Below, in pieces: positions 22,328 to 35,600 of a DNA stretch of 64,000 bases. A program made the translations under genes and the position numbers. The DNA comes from an uncultured Pelagibacteraceae bacterium. GTDB taxonomy: Bacteria > Pseudomonadota > Alphaproteobacteria > Pelagibacterales > Pelagibacteraceae. The notes under the pieces are model-generated. The model was not told the DNA's origin. It ran no database searches and saw only the letters and a program-made list of their open reading frames with translations. Position 1 is the stretch's first letter. Each line of letters opens with the position of its first letter. The stretch lies in contig CACBIY010000002.1 in assembly GCA_902539445.1 (NCBI GenBank), forward strand, positions 104,005 through 168,004, given 5' to 3'.

Positions 22328-24129
22328 TCTTTGTTGATTTTTAGAACTCCTATAAAAGCTTCTTGTGGTATCTCAACTCTACCAAATTGTTTAGATCTTG
22401 CCTTTCCTTTTTTTTGTTTCTCTAATAACTTTCTCTTTCTGTCGGTTGCTCCACCCCCGTGAATTTTAGTTAATACATCTTTCTTAAATCCTTTAATTGT
22501 TTCTCGCGCAATAATTTTGCCGCCTATAGCTGCTTGGACTGGTATCATAAAATTATGTCTGGGTATCAAGTCTTTAAGTTTCTCACATACTTCTCTTCCA
22601 GTTTTTTGTGCAAAATCTTTATGTATCATCATGGCTAAAGCATCAACTGGTTCACTATTTACTAAAATTCCAAGTTTGACCAAATCGCCTTCTCTATGAT
22701 TAATAATTTCATAATCAAAACTTGCATATCCACTAGTCATTGATTTTATTCTATCATTGAAATCAAAGACCACTTCATTAAGAGGTAGTTCATAGTTTAT
22801 TACCGCTCGATTCCCCGAATAAGAGAGGTTTGTTTGAATACCTCTCTTATCCTGACATAACTTAATTAGTGAACCTAAATATGCGTCTGGAGTTATAATT
22901 GTGGCTTTAATCCAAGGCTCCTCGATTGACTTGATTAATGTGGGATCTGGAAGTGAAGAAGGATTCTGTAAATCTATACTTTTTCCATTATTTAGATTCA
23001 CCTTATACACAACGCCAGGAGTAGTTGTTAAAAGATTGACGTCAAATTCTCTTTCTAATCTTTCAGATATTATCTCCAAATGAAGCAATCCCAAAAATCC
23101 ACATCTAAAGCCAAGACCTAAAGCTGATGAGGACTCAGGTTCAAAAGAAAAACTTGCATCGTTAAGTTGTAATTTAGCTAAACCATCTTTTAGTTTTTGA
23201 TATTCAGAACTATCTACTGGAAATAAACCACAAAATACAACTGGTTTACTGGGTTTAAAACCAGGCAAAGGATCAGTCAATGCCTTTGTAGCATCGCAAA
23301 TAGTGTCACCAACTTTTGTTTCTGATAAAACTTTAATTCCAGTTGTTATGAAGCCTATTTCACCAGTGTTTAATTCCTCTATATTTTTTGCTTTTGGAGT
23401 AAATACTCCAACTTTCTCGACTATGTAGTCTTGATTTGTAGAGAGCATTTTTATTTTCATATTTTTTTTTAGTTTACCATTTATAACTCTTACTAATATT
23501 ACAACACCAAGATAGGTGTCATACCAGCTATCAACTAGTAAACATTTTAAATCTTTATTAGTTTCTCCTTCAGGACCTGGAAGTTGATTAACAATTTGTT
23601 CTAAAATTTCACTTATGCCTTCTCCTGTTTTTCCAGAACAAGGAATTGCTTTATCAGTATCAATCCCTATCACATCTTCAATTTGCTTTTTAGTTCTATC
23701 TAGGTCTGAAGCTGGTAAATCAATTTTATTAAGAACCGGAATAATTTCATGATCAATATCTAAAGCCTGATATACATTAGCTAATGTTTGAGCTTCAACA
23801 CCTTGAGTACTATCAACAATTAATATTGATCCCTCACATGCATACAATGACCTGCTGACTTCATAGCTAAAATCGACATGACCTGGTGTATCAATAATAT
23901 TCAAAATATAGTTTTTTCCATTTTTGGCTTTATAATTTAATTTAACAGTCTGGGCCTTGATCGTAATTCCTCGCTCTCTCTCAATATCCATGGAATCTAA
24001 AACCTGCTCTTTCATTTCTCTGTCTGTTAAACCTCCACACTTATGGATAATTCTATCTGCTATCGTTGATTTACCGTGATCGATGTGCGCAATTATTGCA
24101 AAATTTCTAATATTATCAATAGTGCTCAT
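22324..24129 (-). CDS. lepA: Elongation factor 4 (start taken at [10 protein letters not shown])
   Basis: [28 protein letters not shown] and [11 protein letters not shown] motifs. Confidence 0.97.
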   Translation of the reverse strand: MSTIDNIRNFAIIAHIDHGKSTIADRIIHKCGGLTDREMKEQVLDSMDIERERGITIKAQTVKLNYKAKNGKNYILNIIDTPGHVDFSYEVSRSLYACEGSILIVDSTQGVEAQTLANVYQALDIDHEIIPVLNKIDLPASDLDRTKKQIEDVIGIDTDKAIPCSGKTGEGISEILEQIVNQLPGPEGETNKDLKCLLVDSWYDTYLGVVILVRVINGKLKKNMKIKMLSTNQDYIVEKVGVFTPKAKNIEELNTGEIGFITTGIKVLSETKVGDTICDATKALTDPLPGFKPSKPVVFCGLFPVDSSEYQKLKDGLAKLQLNDASFSFEPESSSALGLGFRCGFLGLLHLEIISERLEREFDVNLLTTTPGVVYKVNLNNGKSIDLQNPSSLPDPTLIKSIEEPWIKATIITPDAYLGSLIKLCQDKRGIQTNLSYSGNRAVINYELPLNEVVFDFNDRIKSMTSGYASFDYEIINHREGDLVKLGILVNSEPVDALAMMIHKDFAQKTGREVCEKLKDLIPRHNFMIPVQAAIGGKIIARETIKGFKKDVLTKIHGGGATDRKRKLLEKQKKGKARSKQFGRVEIPQEAFIGVLKINKD

Positions 24130-24136
24130 TTGGGTA

Positions 24137-26542
24137 TTAGGATCGAATTTTAGCGCCAGTTTTATTTTCAACTGTCTTGATTATCAAGTTATTAATTTGC
24201 TCTAAATCAGCCTCATTCAAAGTTTTCTCGGATGACTGTATTGTTACACTGATGGCAATTGATTTTTGGTTTTCAGGGATATTATCACCTTGATAAAGAT
24301 CAAAAACTTTAACATCTTTCACTAAACTTTTATCAATACTAGTAATACAATTTATCAAATCTTGGGCATTCACATCTTTGTTTACGATAAATGCAAAATC
24401 TCTTTGTGACTTTTGATAGTCAGAAAATGAAAATTTTACTTTAAGATCATTTAAAGTTTTCTCTGGTAATTTTAAATTATCCATAAAAATCTCAAAACCA
24501 ACTAAAGCCTCGGTTTTCATGTCAATCTGCTTTAAAATATTAGGATGTATTTCTCCAAAATATGCAGCCATTTGTTCTTTTCCATAATTTAAAAATACTC
24601 TTCCTGATTTACCAGGGTGATAATAATTGGGTGTCTCGCTATCAATAAAAAATTTTTGAGAATCGTAACCAGCTTCAACTAAAGTTTGGATCACGTCTCT
24701 TTTCGCATCAAATACATCTATGTTTCTATCTTTTTCAATCCAAGACAACCTAGATTTTTTTCCTGCTGACAAACCACAAACTACTGTATTCTGTTCACCA
24801 GGATTAGGACCATTAAAAATAGGGCCTATTTCAAATATTGATAAATCTTTAAAACCTCTATCAAGATTTTTATTCATATAAATGATTAAATTTGAAAAAA
24901 TTGAATTCCTTAAAACTCCTAATTCTGAACTAATAGGATTAATAATCTTAATTTCTTTTTTTTCATCTCTAAAATGATCATTATAACGTTTGTCAGTAAA
25001 CGACCAAGTGATTGTCTCCAGATAACCTTTGGAGGCAATTGATCTTTGTAAAAAATGAAATAATTTTTGAAACTTATTTAAAGTAGGTTTTTTTCTTTGT
25101 TTAATTGGCTCTATATACTTTATCTTTTCATAACCACTTATTCTTACCAACTCCTCAACAATATCTACTTCCTGTGAAATATCTGGTCTCCATGAAGGAA
25201 CAGTCAGTTTGAGTCTTTTCTTATCTTTTTTAACTCCAAAACCAAGATCTTCTAAAATTTGAGTCATTTCTTTTAAAGAAATTTTAAAACCAGATATTTT
25301 TTCAAAAATATTTGGGTCAAATGCAATTTTTTTTATTTTGTAAGTTTCTATTTTTTGAATGTCAATTTTGCTTATTTCACCACCGCAAATTTCTTTTATT
25401 AATTTTGCAGCTTTATTTAAACCATCTTCGATTGATAACGGATCTATGCCCCTTTCAAATCTAAACTTTGCATCAGTATCAAGATTCAATTTTTTTGCTG
25501 TATTTCTTATTGATCCAGGTTCAAAATAAGCTGACTCAAGTAATACATTTTTTGTGTTAAATTCTGTACCAGATCTTGTACCACCAATAATTCCTCCAAG
25601 TCCTAAAACACCTTTGTTATCAGTAATAACACACATGCCACTCTCTAATTTATAATTTTTATTATCAAGTGCTATAAACTCTTCTCCAGAATGAGAATTT
25701 CGAACAATTATACCTTTTTCAATTTTATCAGCGTCATAAGCATGCAATGGACGATTAATATCAAGCATTACATAGTTTGTGATGTCAACTATTGCTGAGA
25801 TAGGTTTTTGACCAATAGAAATTAATTTATCTTTAAGCCATTTAGGGCTTTCAGAATTTTTTACATTTGTTATTAAACAGCTTCCAAACGCAGTACATCC
25901 TTGTCCTTTTTCCTTATTAATTTTTACTTTTAAGGTGTGTTTATTTTTTGAATGAATTTTTTTTTCTTCTAGATCTACTAACTTTCCAAAACCTGATGCT
26001 GCCAGATCTCTAGCTATTCCCCTGACTCCAAGACAGTCTGGTCTATTAGGTGTTATGGATATATCAATAAGATTTGATTTTGATTTTAAAAAATAACTTT
26101 TACCAATATTTTTTCTAAATTCCTTGGTTAATTCAGTAATCCCAACGCTTTCATCAGACAGATTTAATTCAGACTCTGAACAAAGCATTCCATAAGAAGT
26201 AACACCTCTTATTTTAGCGACTACTAATTTTTTCTTAGTTTTAGGGATAATTGCACCTGGAGGAGCATATATAGTAAGCAATCCTTCCCTTGCATTTTCT
26301 GCACCACACACAACTTTTTTAATTTCATTCTCACCAATATTTACGTCACAAACTTTAAGTCGATCTGCATTTGGATGTTTTTCAGTTTTTATAATTTCAG
26401 CTACTTTGAATAATTCATTATCACCAGAAATACTTTCTACACTCTCTACTTCTAGACCAATATTGGTAAGTTGCTCTAAAAGGTTTTTTTCTTTTAGATT
26501 TGTCTTTAGATGATCTTTTAACCAATCAAATGTTATTATCAT
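24137..26542 (-). CDS. pheT: Phenylalanine-tRNA ligase beta subunit
   Basis: HPNADRL, TPNRPD, FERG and SWRPD motifs; FDX-ACB C-terminus. Confidence 0.96.
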   Translation of the reverse strand: MIITFDWLKDHLKTNLKEKNLLEQLTNIGLEVESVESISGDNELFKVAEIIKTEKHPNADRLKVCDVNIGENEIKKVVCGAENAREGLLTIYAPPGAIIPKTKKKLVVAKIRGVTSYGMLCSESELNLSDESVGITELTKEFRKNIGKSYFLKSKSNLIDISITPNRPDCLGVRGIARDLAASGFGKLVDLEEKKIHSKNKHTLKVKINKEKGQGCTAFGSCLITNVKNSESPKWLKDKLISIGQKPISAIVDITNYVMLDINRPLHAYDADKIEKGIIVRNSHSGEEFIALDNKNYKLESGMCVITDNKGVLGLGGIIGGTRSGTEFNTKNVLLESAYFEPGSIRNTAKKLNLDTDAKFRFERGIDPLSIEDGLNKAAKLIKEICGGEISKIDIQKIETYKIKKIAFDPNIFEKISGFKISLKEMTQILEDLGFGVKKDKKRLKLTVPSWRPDISQEVDIVEELVRISGYEKIKYIEPIKQRKKPTLNKFQKLFHFLQRSIASKGYLETITWSFTDKRYNDHFRDEKKEIKIINPISSELGVLRNSIFSNLIIYMNKNLDRGFKDLSIFEIGPIFNGPNPGEQNTVVCGLSAGKKSRLSWIEKDRNIDVFDAKRDVIQTLVEAGYDSQKFFIDSETPNYYHPGKSGRVFLNYGKEQMAAYFGEIHPNILKQIDMKTEALVGFEIFMDNLKLPEKTLNDLKVKFSFSDYQKSQRDFAFIVNKDVNAQDLINCITSIDKSLVKDVKVFDLYQGDNIPENQKSIAISVTIQSSEKTLNEADLEQINNLIIKTVENKTGAKIRS

Positions 26543-27606
26543 CGACTGAGACCTCTATAATTCGTAGGTACATCCAATGGATCAAATCCAAAATGATTCA
26601 ACCATCGGTAATCACAATCAAAAAAAGCTCTTAGGTCATTTATACCATATTTGAGCATTGCAAGTCTATCAATCCCAATACCAAATGCGTATCCCTGAAA
26701 CTTTGATGGGTCTACTTTAACATTTTTTAAAACATTGGGATGAACCATTCCGCACCCTAAAATCTCTAACCATTGATTTCCCTCTCCAATTATAATTTTT
26801 CCATCTTTCATCTCGTATCCAATATCAACTTCAGCAGATGGTTCTGTAAAAGGGAAATGACTAGGTCTAAATCTCATCTTAATTTTATCTACCTCAAAAA
26901 ACTCTTTGATAAAATAATCTAAACATCCCTTTAGATGACCCATGTTTATATCTTTATCTATATGAAGTCCCTCAACTTGATGAAACATTGGTGAATGAGT
27001 TTGGTCACTGTCTGATCTGTAAGTTCTTCCCGGTGCAATTATTTTAAATGGTGGCTTGTCTTTCAACATAGTTCTAATTTGAACTGGAGAAGTATGTGTT
27101 CGTAACAGTTTCTGCTTTTTTTCATCTAGATAGAACGTATCATGCATATCCCTAGCAGGATGATTTTCTGGCGTATTTAGCGCTGTAAAATTATTATATT
27201 CATTCTCAACGTCTGGTCCTTCTTCAACGCTAAAACCTATTTCGGAAAAAATTGATGATATTTCATCGATCGTTTGTGAGACTGGATGAATTTTTCCTCG
27301 AACAAATGATCTTTCAGGTAATGTAATATCAATTTTTTCTTTTTCTAATTTCTCGTTAATTTCAGCACTTTTAAGTTCATTTGTTTTTGAATTTATTAAA
27401 TCCTGGAGTTCATCTTTAATTATATTCAAGTCAGAGGCAAATTTTTTTCTCTCTGACTCTGCAATTGTCCCTATCTTTTTAAATTGGGTTGAAATTAATC
27501 CGCTTTTACCAAATAGATCAGATTTAATTTGGTTTATTTCTGAAATATCTAATTTTCCACTAAGCTTTGAAAGAAATTCATCTTTTATTTTTTTAAGATC
27601 TGACAT
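26539..27606 (-). CDS. pheS: Phenylalanine-tRNA ligase alpha subunit
   Basis: [24 protein letters not shown] and GFAFG-like motifs. Confidence 0.97.
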   Translation of the reverse strand: MSDLKKIKDEFLSKLSGKLDISEINQIKSDLFGKSGLISTQFKKIGTIAESERKKFASDLNIIKDELQDLINSKTNELKSAEINEKLEKEKIDITLPERSFVRGKIHPVSQTIDEISSIFSEIGFSVEEGPDVENEYNNFTALNTPENHPARDMHDTFYLDEKKQKLLRTHTSPVQIRTMLKDKPPFKIIAPGRTYRSDSDQTHSPMFHQVEGLHIDKDINMGHLKGCLDYFIKEFFEVDKIKMRFRPSHFPFTEPSAEVDIGYEMKDGKIIIGEGNQWLEILGCGMVHPNVLKNVKVDPSKFQGYAFGIGIDRLAMLKYGINDLRAFFDCDYRWLNHFGFDPLDVPTNYRGLSR

Positions 27607-27615
27607 TTTTACAGA

Positions 27616-27635
27616 TTATTTCTTCAGAGAAATAA
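27616..27635. other. 8-bp hairpin TTATTTCT-TCAG-AGAAATAA between rplT and pheS (possible pause or terminator)
   Basis: Perfect inverted repeat, but AT-rich and weak. Confidence 0.3.
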
Positions 27636-27649
27636 AACAATAGCGAAGA

Positions 27650-28006
27650 TTAATTTAAAGCTGATTGAGCTTTTTGAACGATAGTTTTAAAGGCTTCTGG
27701 ACTATCATAGGCTATTTCAGCTAGAATTTTTCTATCAATTTTTATTCCACATTTATTTAATCCATTAATAAACTTAGAATATGTCAAACCTTCTGCTCTA
27801 ACCCCAGCATTTATTCTTTGTATCCACAGTGATTTAAAATCTCTTTTTTTATTTCTTCGATCTCTGTATGCATATTGCATAGCTTTTTCCATAGCTTGCT
27901 TTGCAACTCTAATCGTATTTTTTCTTCTGCCCCATTGACCTTTAACAGCTTTTAAAACTTTTTTATGTTTTGCTCTACTAGTTACACCTCTTTTAACTCT
28001 TGCCAT
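27650..28006 (-). CDS. rplT: 50S ribosomal protein L20
   Basis: MARVKRG, AYRDRR and LWIQRINA motifs. Confidence 0.98.
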   Translation of the reverse strand: MARVKRGVTSRAKHKKVLKAVKGQWGRRKNTIRVAKQAMEKAMQYAYRDRRNKKRDFKSLWIQRINAGVRAEGLTYSKFINGLNKCGIKIDRKILAEIAYDSPEAFKTIVQKAQSALN

Positions 28007-28007
28007 A

Positions 28008-28214
28008 TTAACCCCTTAGACTGTAAGGCATATATGACTTAACAATTTTACCGTCTTGTTTCGACATAGTTGTGGTGCCTCTTAATTTTCTTATTTGAGA
28101 ATTTGTTCTTTTTATCATGCCATGTCTTTTACCGGCTTGGGCCATTATTACTTTACCCTTTGCAGATATTTTGAACCTTTTTTTTGCAGAGCTTTTTGTT
28201 TTTAGTTTTGGCAT
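28008..28214 (-). CDS. rpmI: 50S ribosomal protein L35
   Basis: [14 protein letters not shown]. Confidence 0.97.
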   Translation of the reverse strand: MPKLKTKSSAKKRFKISAKGKVIMAQAGKRHGMIKRTNSQIRKLRGTTTMSKQDGKIVKSYMPYSLRG

Positions 28215-28267
28215 AATTTTGCGATTTTATACAAAGAATGTTATTAATTTACAACTACTATTAAAGC

Positions 28268-28813
28268 TTATAAAGGCTGAATTACCATTATCATTTGCTT
28301 TCCATCGAACTTCGGATGTAATTCTACCTTACCAATTTCCTTCATATCTTCTTTGATCTTTGCCATTAACTCATTGCCTAAATGTGAGTGCTGAAGTTCT
28401 CTACCTTTAAATCTTATTGTAAATTTTACTTTATCACCTTTAGCAATAAATTTTTTTGCATTTTTTACCTTAAACTCATAATCATGTGTCTCAGTTACAG
28501 GCCTCATTTTAATTTCTTTCAATGCAATTATTTTTTGTTTTTTTTTAGCAAGGTTTGCTTTTTTTTGCGCATCGTATTTATATTTTCCCATATCCATGAT
28601 TTTGCAAACTGGTGGATTTGCATTTGGAGCTATTTCTATTAAATCTAAACCTTGATTCCTTGCCATCGATATTGCTTCGTTTGTGCTAATGACACCTAAA
28701 TTTTCTCCGTCACTGCCTATAACTTGAACTTCTGGAGATGAAATTCTATTATTAGATCTTGGACCTCGATCTTTAGTTCTTCTCTGAAAATAATTTTGCT
28801 TAAAATCTGCCAC
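28268..28813 (-). CDS. infC: Translation initiation factor IF-3 (GTG start abutting the thrS stop)
   Basis: LDLIEI, PPVCKIMD, KEIKMRP and RFKGRE motifs. Confidence 0.96.
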   Translation of the reverse strand: MADFKQNYFQRRTKDRGPRSNNRISSPEVQVIGSDGENLGVISTNEAISMARNQGLDLIEIAPNANPPVCKIMDMGKYKYDAQKKANLAKKKQKIIALKEIKMRPVTETHDYEFKVKNAKKFIAKGDKVKFTIRFKGRELQHSHLGNELMAKIKEDMKEIGKVELHPKFDGKQMIMVIQPL

Positions 28814-30733
28814 TTAAATTGAAGACGCTTTATTTAAAGCAGAAAATGTTTTTAAAAATTTATTTAGTTCCATATTTTCTTGTTTATTAGAGTCCAATCT
28901 TCTAATAGTTACCGAGTTACTGTCAACTTCTTTTTTACCACAAATTAATAAAATAGGGACTTTTGCAAGGGAATGTTCTCTTATTTTATAGTTCAAATTA
29001 TGATTTTTTAAATCAACTATTGAACTCATCCCAGCTTCTTTTATTTTTTTGGAAACTTTACTTGCATATTCTTCAAAATCTTCTGAGATTGGAATTACTA
29101 CTGTTTGTAACGGAGATATCCAAAATGGAAACTTACCAGCATAATTCTCAATTAAAATTCCAATAAATCTTTCTAGTGATCCAAACAAAGCTCTATGTAA
29201 CATCACTGGAACTTTTTTTGTTCCATCTTTGTCAACATAGGTAGCATCTAATCTTCCAGGTAAGTTTAAATCTACTTGTACTGTTCCACATTGCCAATCT
29301 CTACCAATTGCATCTCTTAAAACAAATTCTATTTTTGGACCATAAAAGGCTCCTTCCCCCTTATTAATACTGTATTCTAATTTAGTTGCTTTTACTGCCT
29401 CTAGTAATGAAGCCTCAGCTTTATCCCAAACTTTATCTTCGCCCACTCTTACTTCTGGTCTGTCAGCATATTTCAAAACCACTTTTTCAAAACCTAAATC
29501 TTTATAAATATCCAAAATTAAATTAGTTACATTTAAACACTCACTAGTGATTTGATCTTCCGAACAAAAAATATGAGCATCATCTTGTGTAAAAGCCCTT
29601 ACTCTTAGAAGTCCATGCAAAGCACCTGAGGGCTCATATCGATGTACTTTGCCAAATTCTGTTATTCTTAATGGTAAGTCTCTATAACTTTTTAAACCTT
29701 GATTAAAAACTTGTATATGACCTGGACAATTCATAGGTTTTATCGCAAAAACTTTTTCATCAGGAGTCTCGGATGTATACATGTTTTCTCCATATTTTTC
29801 CCAATGTCCTGATTTTTCCCATAATAATCTATCTAATACCTCTGGGGTATTTACTTCCTTGTATCCTGCTGCATCTTGGCGAGCCCTCATGTAGTTAATC
29901 AATTTTTGAAATAATGCCCAACCCTTCTCATGCCAGAAAACAGATCCTGGGCTTTCCTCTCTGAAATGAAACAAATCCATTTCTTTACCAAGTTTTCTGT
30001 GATCTCTTTTCTCTGCTTCCTCAATTCTTTTTAAATAATCATCTAAATCTTTTTGAGAGGCCCAGCCAGTTCCGTAAATTCTTTGTAACATTTCATTATT
30101 TGAATCTCCACGCCAATACGCTCCAGCAACTTTTGTAAGCTTAAAAGCCTTACCAATTTTGCCAGATGAAACTAAGTGTGGACCTCTACACAAATCATGC
30201 CATGTATCACCATGATGATAAACAGTTAGTTCTTCGCCCTCAGGTATACTCTCTATTATCTCTGCTTTATATTTTTCACCAATTTTTTTGAAATGGCTTA
30301 TTGCTTTATCTCTCTTCCAAACCTCTCTTCTTGTTTTTACATCTTTGTCAATTATTTCTGACATTCTTTTTTCTATTTTTTCTAAATCATTCTCTGTAAA
30401 AGGTTCTTTCCGAGCAAAATCATAGTAAAAACCATTCTCAATTACTGGTCCAATAGTTACCTGTGTGCCAGGGTATAATTCTTGAACAGCCATCGCCATA
30501 ATATGAGCAGTGTCATGCCTTATAACTTCAAGACCTTCGGGATCTTTTGAAGTAAAAATTTTTACTGAACAATCTTTTTTAATTGAAAAATATAGATCTT
30601 TTAGCTCACCGTTCACACTCATTATCAATGCTTGTTTTGATAATGACTTACTTATTTTTTCTGCAATATCTAAACCTGTAACTTCTGTTGGGAATTCAAT
30701 GTTTTTTCCATCTGGTAGTGTAATTATAGGCAT
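28814..30733 (-). CDS. thrS: Threonine-tRNA ligase
   Basis: TGS domain, [20 protein letters not shown] and [11 protein letters not shown] motifs. Confidence 0.98.
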   Translation of the reverse strand: MPIITLPDGKNIEFPTEVTGLDIAEKISKSLSKQALIMSVNGELKDLYFSIKKDCSVKIFTSKDPEGLEVIRHDTAHIMAMAVQELYPGTQVTIGPVIENGFYYDFARKEPFTENDLEKIEKRMSEIIDKDVKTRREVWKRDKAISHFKKIGEKYKAEIIESIPEGEELTVYHHGDTWHDLCRGPHLVSSGKIGKAFKLTKVAGAYWRGDSNNEMLQRIYGTGWASQKDLDDYLKRIEEAEKRDHRKLGKEMDLFHFREESPGSVFWHEKGWALFQKLINYMRARQDAAGYKEVNTPEVLDRLLWEKSGHWEKYGENMYTSETPDEKVFAIKPMNCPGHIQVFNQGLKSYRDLPLRITEFGKVHRYEPSGALHGLLRVRAFTQDDAHIFCSEDQITSECLNVTNLILDIYKDLGFEKVVLKYADRPEVRVGEDKVWDKAEASLLEAVKATKLEYSINKGEGAFYGPKIEFVLRDAIGRDWQCGTVQVDLNLPGRLDATYVDKDGTKKVPVMLHRALFGSLERFIGILIENYAGKFPFWISPLQTVVIPISEDFEEYASKVSKKIKEAGMSSIVDLKNHNLNYKIREHSLAKVPILLICGKKEVDSNSVTIRRLDSNKQENMELNKFLKTFSALNKASSI

Positions 30734-31888
30734 TTAGTTTAATAGTCTTTTATACTCTGAATATGTAGAAAAACACATTTTTTCAACATTAAATTTTTTA
30801 ATTATATTACTTCTTCCTTCTCTGCCCATTAGATTTATAGATGTTTCATCCATTGTTAATCCACGAATTATTTTTTTACTTAAAGACTCTGCGTCTCCTG
30901 ATTTAAATAAAAAGCCTGTTTTTTCATCATTAATTGTCTCGTTAGATCCTCCAATATTACTAGCTATAATTAATTTTTCCATTGATTGTGCCTCTACTGC
31001 TACTCTTCCAAAAGCTTCTGGTTCTATTGAGGCTGATACAATTATATCTGAAACTTTATAGGCTAAAGCCATATCCTCACAGTGATCTATAAATTTTATT
31101 TGGTTTGTTAAACGATATTGCTCTGTAAGACGAATTAATCTTTTTTTATATAGATCTCTTCCTTGATCATTTCCAAGTATAACCGCGTGAAAAGCTTCAT
31201 AACCTAATTCAATTTTAACTAAGTTAATTGCCTCAATAAACAATTCTTGTCCTTTCCATGAAGTAAGCCTACCAGGCATTAGAATTATTTTTTTTTCATC
31301 ATTTATATTCCATTTTCGAAGTAAATTTTTTTCATCATTTTCTAATTTTGTAGAAGAGTCAAAATAATCAACATTTATTCCTCTAAAAATAACTAAAAAT
31401 TTTTTTCGGCTTGTCAAAAATTCAGAATAGTTTTCTTTAATATGAGAAAAAATAAAATTTGATCCCGCAATTATCAAATCAGATCTTACCATGACAGAAT
31501 TATAAAATTTTTTAATTTTACCGCTAAAATTGTAAGTTCCATGAAATGTTGTTACAAACTTTCTATTTGTTAACTTTGTTGCAAATAAACAAGACCAAGC
31601 TGGTGCTCTACTTCTTGCGTGAACAATTGAGATCTTAAAAAATAAGATTATCCCAATTAATAAAATTGTATTAATTAAAATTAATAATGGGTTTTTACTA
31701 TGTACTGGAAGTTTAATTAATTTTACTTTTTTTTTATCCACAAATTTTGTTAATTCCCCACCACTAGTTACTATAAAAGACTCACACCCATTTTCTGTTA
31801 AATAATGAGCAATATCATAACATCCAGTTTCTGCCCCTCCGTAACCTAGTTTTGGTATTACCTGTAAGACTTTTATATTAGACGACAT
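30734..31888 (-). CDS. Glycosyltransferase family 4
   Basis: GGAE, HARSRAPAW and EAFGRVAVEAQ motifs. Confidence 0.9.
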   Translation of the reverse strand: MSSNIKVLQVIPKLGYGGAETGCYDIAHYLTENGCESFIVTSGGELTKFVDKKKVKLIKLPVHSKNPLLILINTILLIGIILFFKISIVHARSRAPAWSCLFATKLTNRKFVTTFHGTYNFSGKIKKFYNSVMVRSDLIIAGSNFIFSHIKENYSEFLTSRKKFLVIFRGINVDYFDSSTKLENDEKNLLRKWNINDEKKIILMPGRLTSWKGQELFIEAINLVKIELGYEAFHAVILGNDQGRDLYKKRLIRLTEQYRLTNQIKFIDHCEDMALAYKVSDIIVSASIEPEAFGRVAVEAQSMEKLIIASNIGGSNETINDEKTGFLFKSGDAESLSKKIIRGLTMDETSINLMGREGRSNIIKKFNVEKMCFSTYSEYKRLLN

Positions 31889-31930
31889 ATATTAAGATTA
31901 TATAATAATAGAGTCGACTAATAAACTTTT

Positions 31931-32677
31931 ATGAGTAAATTCAACTACTTAAAAATAAATAATTCTAAAAAGATTAGATATTTAAAAAATTACCAAAAAA
32001 ATACAACTTACATTGTTTTTTTACATGGGTTTATGTCTGATTTAGAGGGAAAAAAACCCAAAGCATTTTTAAATTTTGCAAAAAAAAATAAACTTGGTTT
32101 TCTTGCACTAGAATATTCTGGTCACGGTAAATCATCTGGTAAATTTACTGACGGTAATATCTCAAAATGGACTAAAGATACAACTTTATTAATTAAAAAA
32201 ATTGTCAAAAAAAATGAAATCATATTAGTAGGCTCAAGTATGGGCTCTTGGATCGCTTTAAATCAATTTAAGTTTTTTAAAAAACAAATTATAGGGTTTT
32301 TAGGAATCGGTTCTGCACCTCAATTTTTAGAAGGTTTAATGTGGAATAAGTTTTCAAAAAAAATGAAAAAAGAAATAACAAAAAATGGAATTATTAATTT
32401 GAAGCATGGAAAGTATGAATATCCAATCTCTTTACAACTAATTAAAGATGGACGTAAAAATAAAGTATTCAATAAAAAAATTTACGTAAAATTAAAAGTT
32501 ACTATGGTTCATGGACAAAAAGATGAGTCTGTCCCTATCAGTTATTCAAAAAAAATTTTGAAAATCTTCTTAAATTCTAAAAAAAAATTAGTTATCATTA
32601 AAAAAGGTGATCACAGTTTATCTTCACCTAAATGGCTAAGCATATTATTAAAAGAATTAAAATTTATGATTAACTGA
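31931..32677 (+). CDS. Alpha/beta hydrolase
   Basis: HGFMSD, GHGKS, GSSMG nucleophile elbow, HGQKD and GDH motifs. Confidence 0.88.
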   Translation: MSKFNYLKINNSKKIRYLKNYQKNTTYIVFLHGFMSDLEGKKPKAFLNFAKKNKLGFLALEYSGHGKSSGKFTDGNISKWTKDTTLLIKKIVKKNEIILVGSSMGSWIALNQFKFFKKQIIGFLGIGSAPQFLEGLMWNKFSKKMKKEITKNGIINLKHGKYEYPISLQLIKDGRKNKVFNKKIYVKLKVTMVHGQKDESVPISYSKKILKIFLNSKKKLVIIKKGDHSLSSPKWLSILLKELKFMIN

Positions 32678-35600
32678 CTTCTTTTATCTTAGACTTAAAT
32701 GTAATTGGATTTTTTAGTTTATTAATCATTTCTTTTGGACAAACCTGAACAAAATTTTTAATTTCAACTTTAAAGTTTTCAAAAATGTTTTTTGATAACA
32801 AAGAGCCTGTTTCCTTTGAATGTTCCAAAATTAATTCTTTTAAATAATTTATCCAATAATCTGTTTCAACATTTTGCCAAACAACCGAGTCTGGATTTAC
32901 TTTTTTTTCAAACTCATTAGATTTATCATAAATAAATGCCATACCCCCAGTCATGCCAGCTGCAAAATTATCTCCAACATTTCCCAAAATAACTACTGTT
33001 CCTCCGGTCATGTACTCACATCCATTTGAGTCACATCCTTCAATAACTGTAGTTGCACCAGAATTCCTAACTGCAAATCTATCACCTGCTTGACCTGCAG
33101 CAAAAAGTTTGCCTGAAGTAGCTCCATACAGAACTGTATTTCCGATGATTGTATTTTCATTAGAAACTAAATTACTTTCATCTGAAAGTTTTATCGATAT
33201 TGTAGCACCTGACAATCCTTTGCCGACATAATCATTTGCATCACCTTTAAGATTTAATTTTAATCCTTTTGATGAAAAAGCACCAAAAGACTGACCCGCA
33301 GAGCCTTTGAAATTTAATGTAAGGAAATTTTCATCAAGTTTTTCGTAACCATACTTTTTGTAAAGATGATGTGAAATTCTTGTTCCAACTGCCCTGTTTG
33401 TATTTTTGATAATAAATTCTTTCTCAACTTTTTCTGAATTATCTAAAGATTTTTCTATTTCTGGCCAGATTTCTTGATCTAATGTTTCAGGTACTTTATT
33501 AATCTCCAATGACTCACAATATCTTTTATTGTTTCCTGGGTCTGCCTGAACAAATAATGGATTTAAATCCAAATCATCTAAATTTGGTGACGCTTTATTA
33601 ACTTGCATTAATAAATCAGTTCTTCCAATAATATCATTTAGTGACTTAAAACCTAATTCAGCTAAAATTTCTCTTACTTCAGATGCAATAAAAGTGAATA
33701 AATTTACAACCTTGTCTGGGGTACCTGTAAATTTCTCTCTTAATTTTTCGTCTTGTGTACAAACACCTACTGGACAGGTATTTGAGTGGCATTGTCTTAC
33801 CATTATACATCCCATAGCCACCAGAGCAGTTGTCGCAACTCCATATTCCTCTGCTCCCATCATTGCAGCAATAACAACATCTCTTCCTGTTTTAATGCCA
33901 CCATCAGTTCTTAATGTAACTTTGTGTCTTAAATTGTTTAATGTTAAAACCTGATTTGCCTCAGTAAGACCCATCTCCCAAGGTATTCCAACATATTTTA
34001 CACTTGTTTGAGGAGTTGCACCTGTTCCTCCATTATGACCTGAAATTAAAATAATATCTGCTTTTGCTTTGGCTACACCTGCAGCAATGGTTCCAATTCC
34101 AGAAGATGCAACTAATTTAACGCCAACTCGTGCCTTTGGATTTGTTTGCTTTAAATCATAAATAAGTTGTGCCAAATCTTCTATCGAGTAAATATCGTGA
34201 TGTGGAGGTGGAGAAATTAATGTTACTCCTGGTGTGGAATGTCGTAGCCTTGCAATTTCCTCTGTTACTTTAAAGCCAGGTAACTGACCGCCTTCACCTG
34301 GTTTAGCGCCTTGAGCCATTTTAATTTCTATCTCATTACAATTGTTCAGATAATTTACAGTCACACCAAATCTAGCGGATGCAATTTGTTTAACTCTAGA
34401 ATTCGCACTATCACCACTATCCATCACCTTAAATCTTTCTGCATCTTCTCCACCCTCACCACTACAAGAGGCTCCTTTAATTCTATTCATTCCAATAGCT
34501 AGTGTTTCATGCGCTTCTTTAGACAAAGCACCGTGGGACATGCTTCCACTGCCAAATCTTTTTAATATTTTTTCTATTGGTTCAACTTCAGATAAATCTA
34601 TTGATGGACCCAATTTTTTTTTTCTAAAATCAACTAGATCCCTCAGATTTATTGGTGGTAAATTATATATACCATCAGCATATTTCTTATATGCCTCATA
34701 TGAATTTGAGCCTACAGCACTTTGTAATAAATGAATTAGCTTTCCTTGATATTGATGTGTTTCTCCATTTTTCCTGTATCTATAAATACCTCCAATTGGC
34801 AATACAGTTTCTGTACTTTCAAATGCCTCTTTGTGAATTTCTCTTATTTTTTTTTCAATTCCAACTAAACCAATACCTGAAATTTTCGATGTAACTCCAG
34901 GAAAGTAATCATTTACAACTGTTCTGCTCAATCCAACTGTTTCAAAATTACATCCACCTCTGTATGAACTTAAAACGGAAATTCCCATTTTTGACATTAT
35001 CTTCAATAAACCAGCGTTAACTGAATTAATGTAGCGTTGCACACACTCATCAAAACTAAATTGGCCAAAAAGTTTTTTTTCATATCTCTGATATAAACTA
35101 TCGAAAGCTAGGTATGGATTTACTGTAGTTGCTCCAACTCCAATTAATGTTGCAAACGAATGTGTATCTATAGCCTCTCCAGACTGAACATTAATAGAAA
35201 CATAACCTCTTAATTTTTTTTGTATTAAAAATGTGTTTATGGCGCCAACACATAATAACATTGGCATTGGTAATCTTTCAGATGAAAGATTTTTATCGCT
35301 TAAAATCAATTGGGTAATACCTTGTCTTACTGCAATTTCTGACTCTCTTTGGATCCTGTCAATTGAATCTTCTAAATTTTCATTTTGTGAAAATGAGCAA
35401 TCAATAGTCACCGAGTTTTTTCCAAAAAAATTAGTGAACTTATTAAATTGTGAATTTGACAGAATAGGGCTATTTAAAACATAAATATTCTCTTTGGTTA
35501 AAGTATCAAAATCAAGAATGTTACCTAAATTTCCAAATCTAGTTTTTAAACTCATTACTTTATTTTCTCTTAAAGAGTCAATTGGTGGATTCGTTACTTG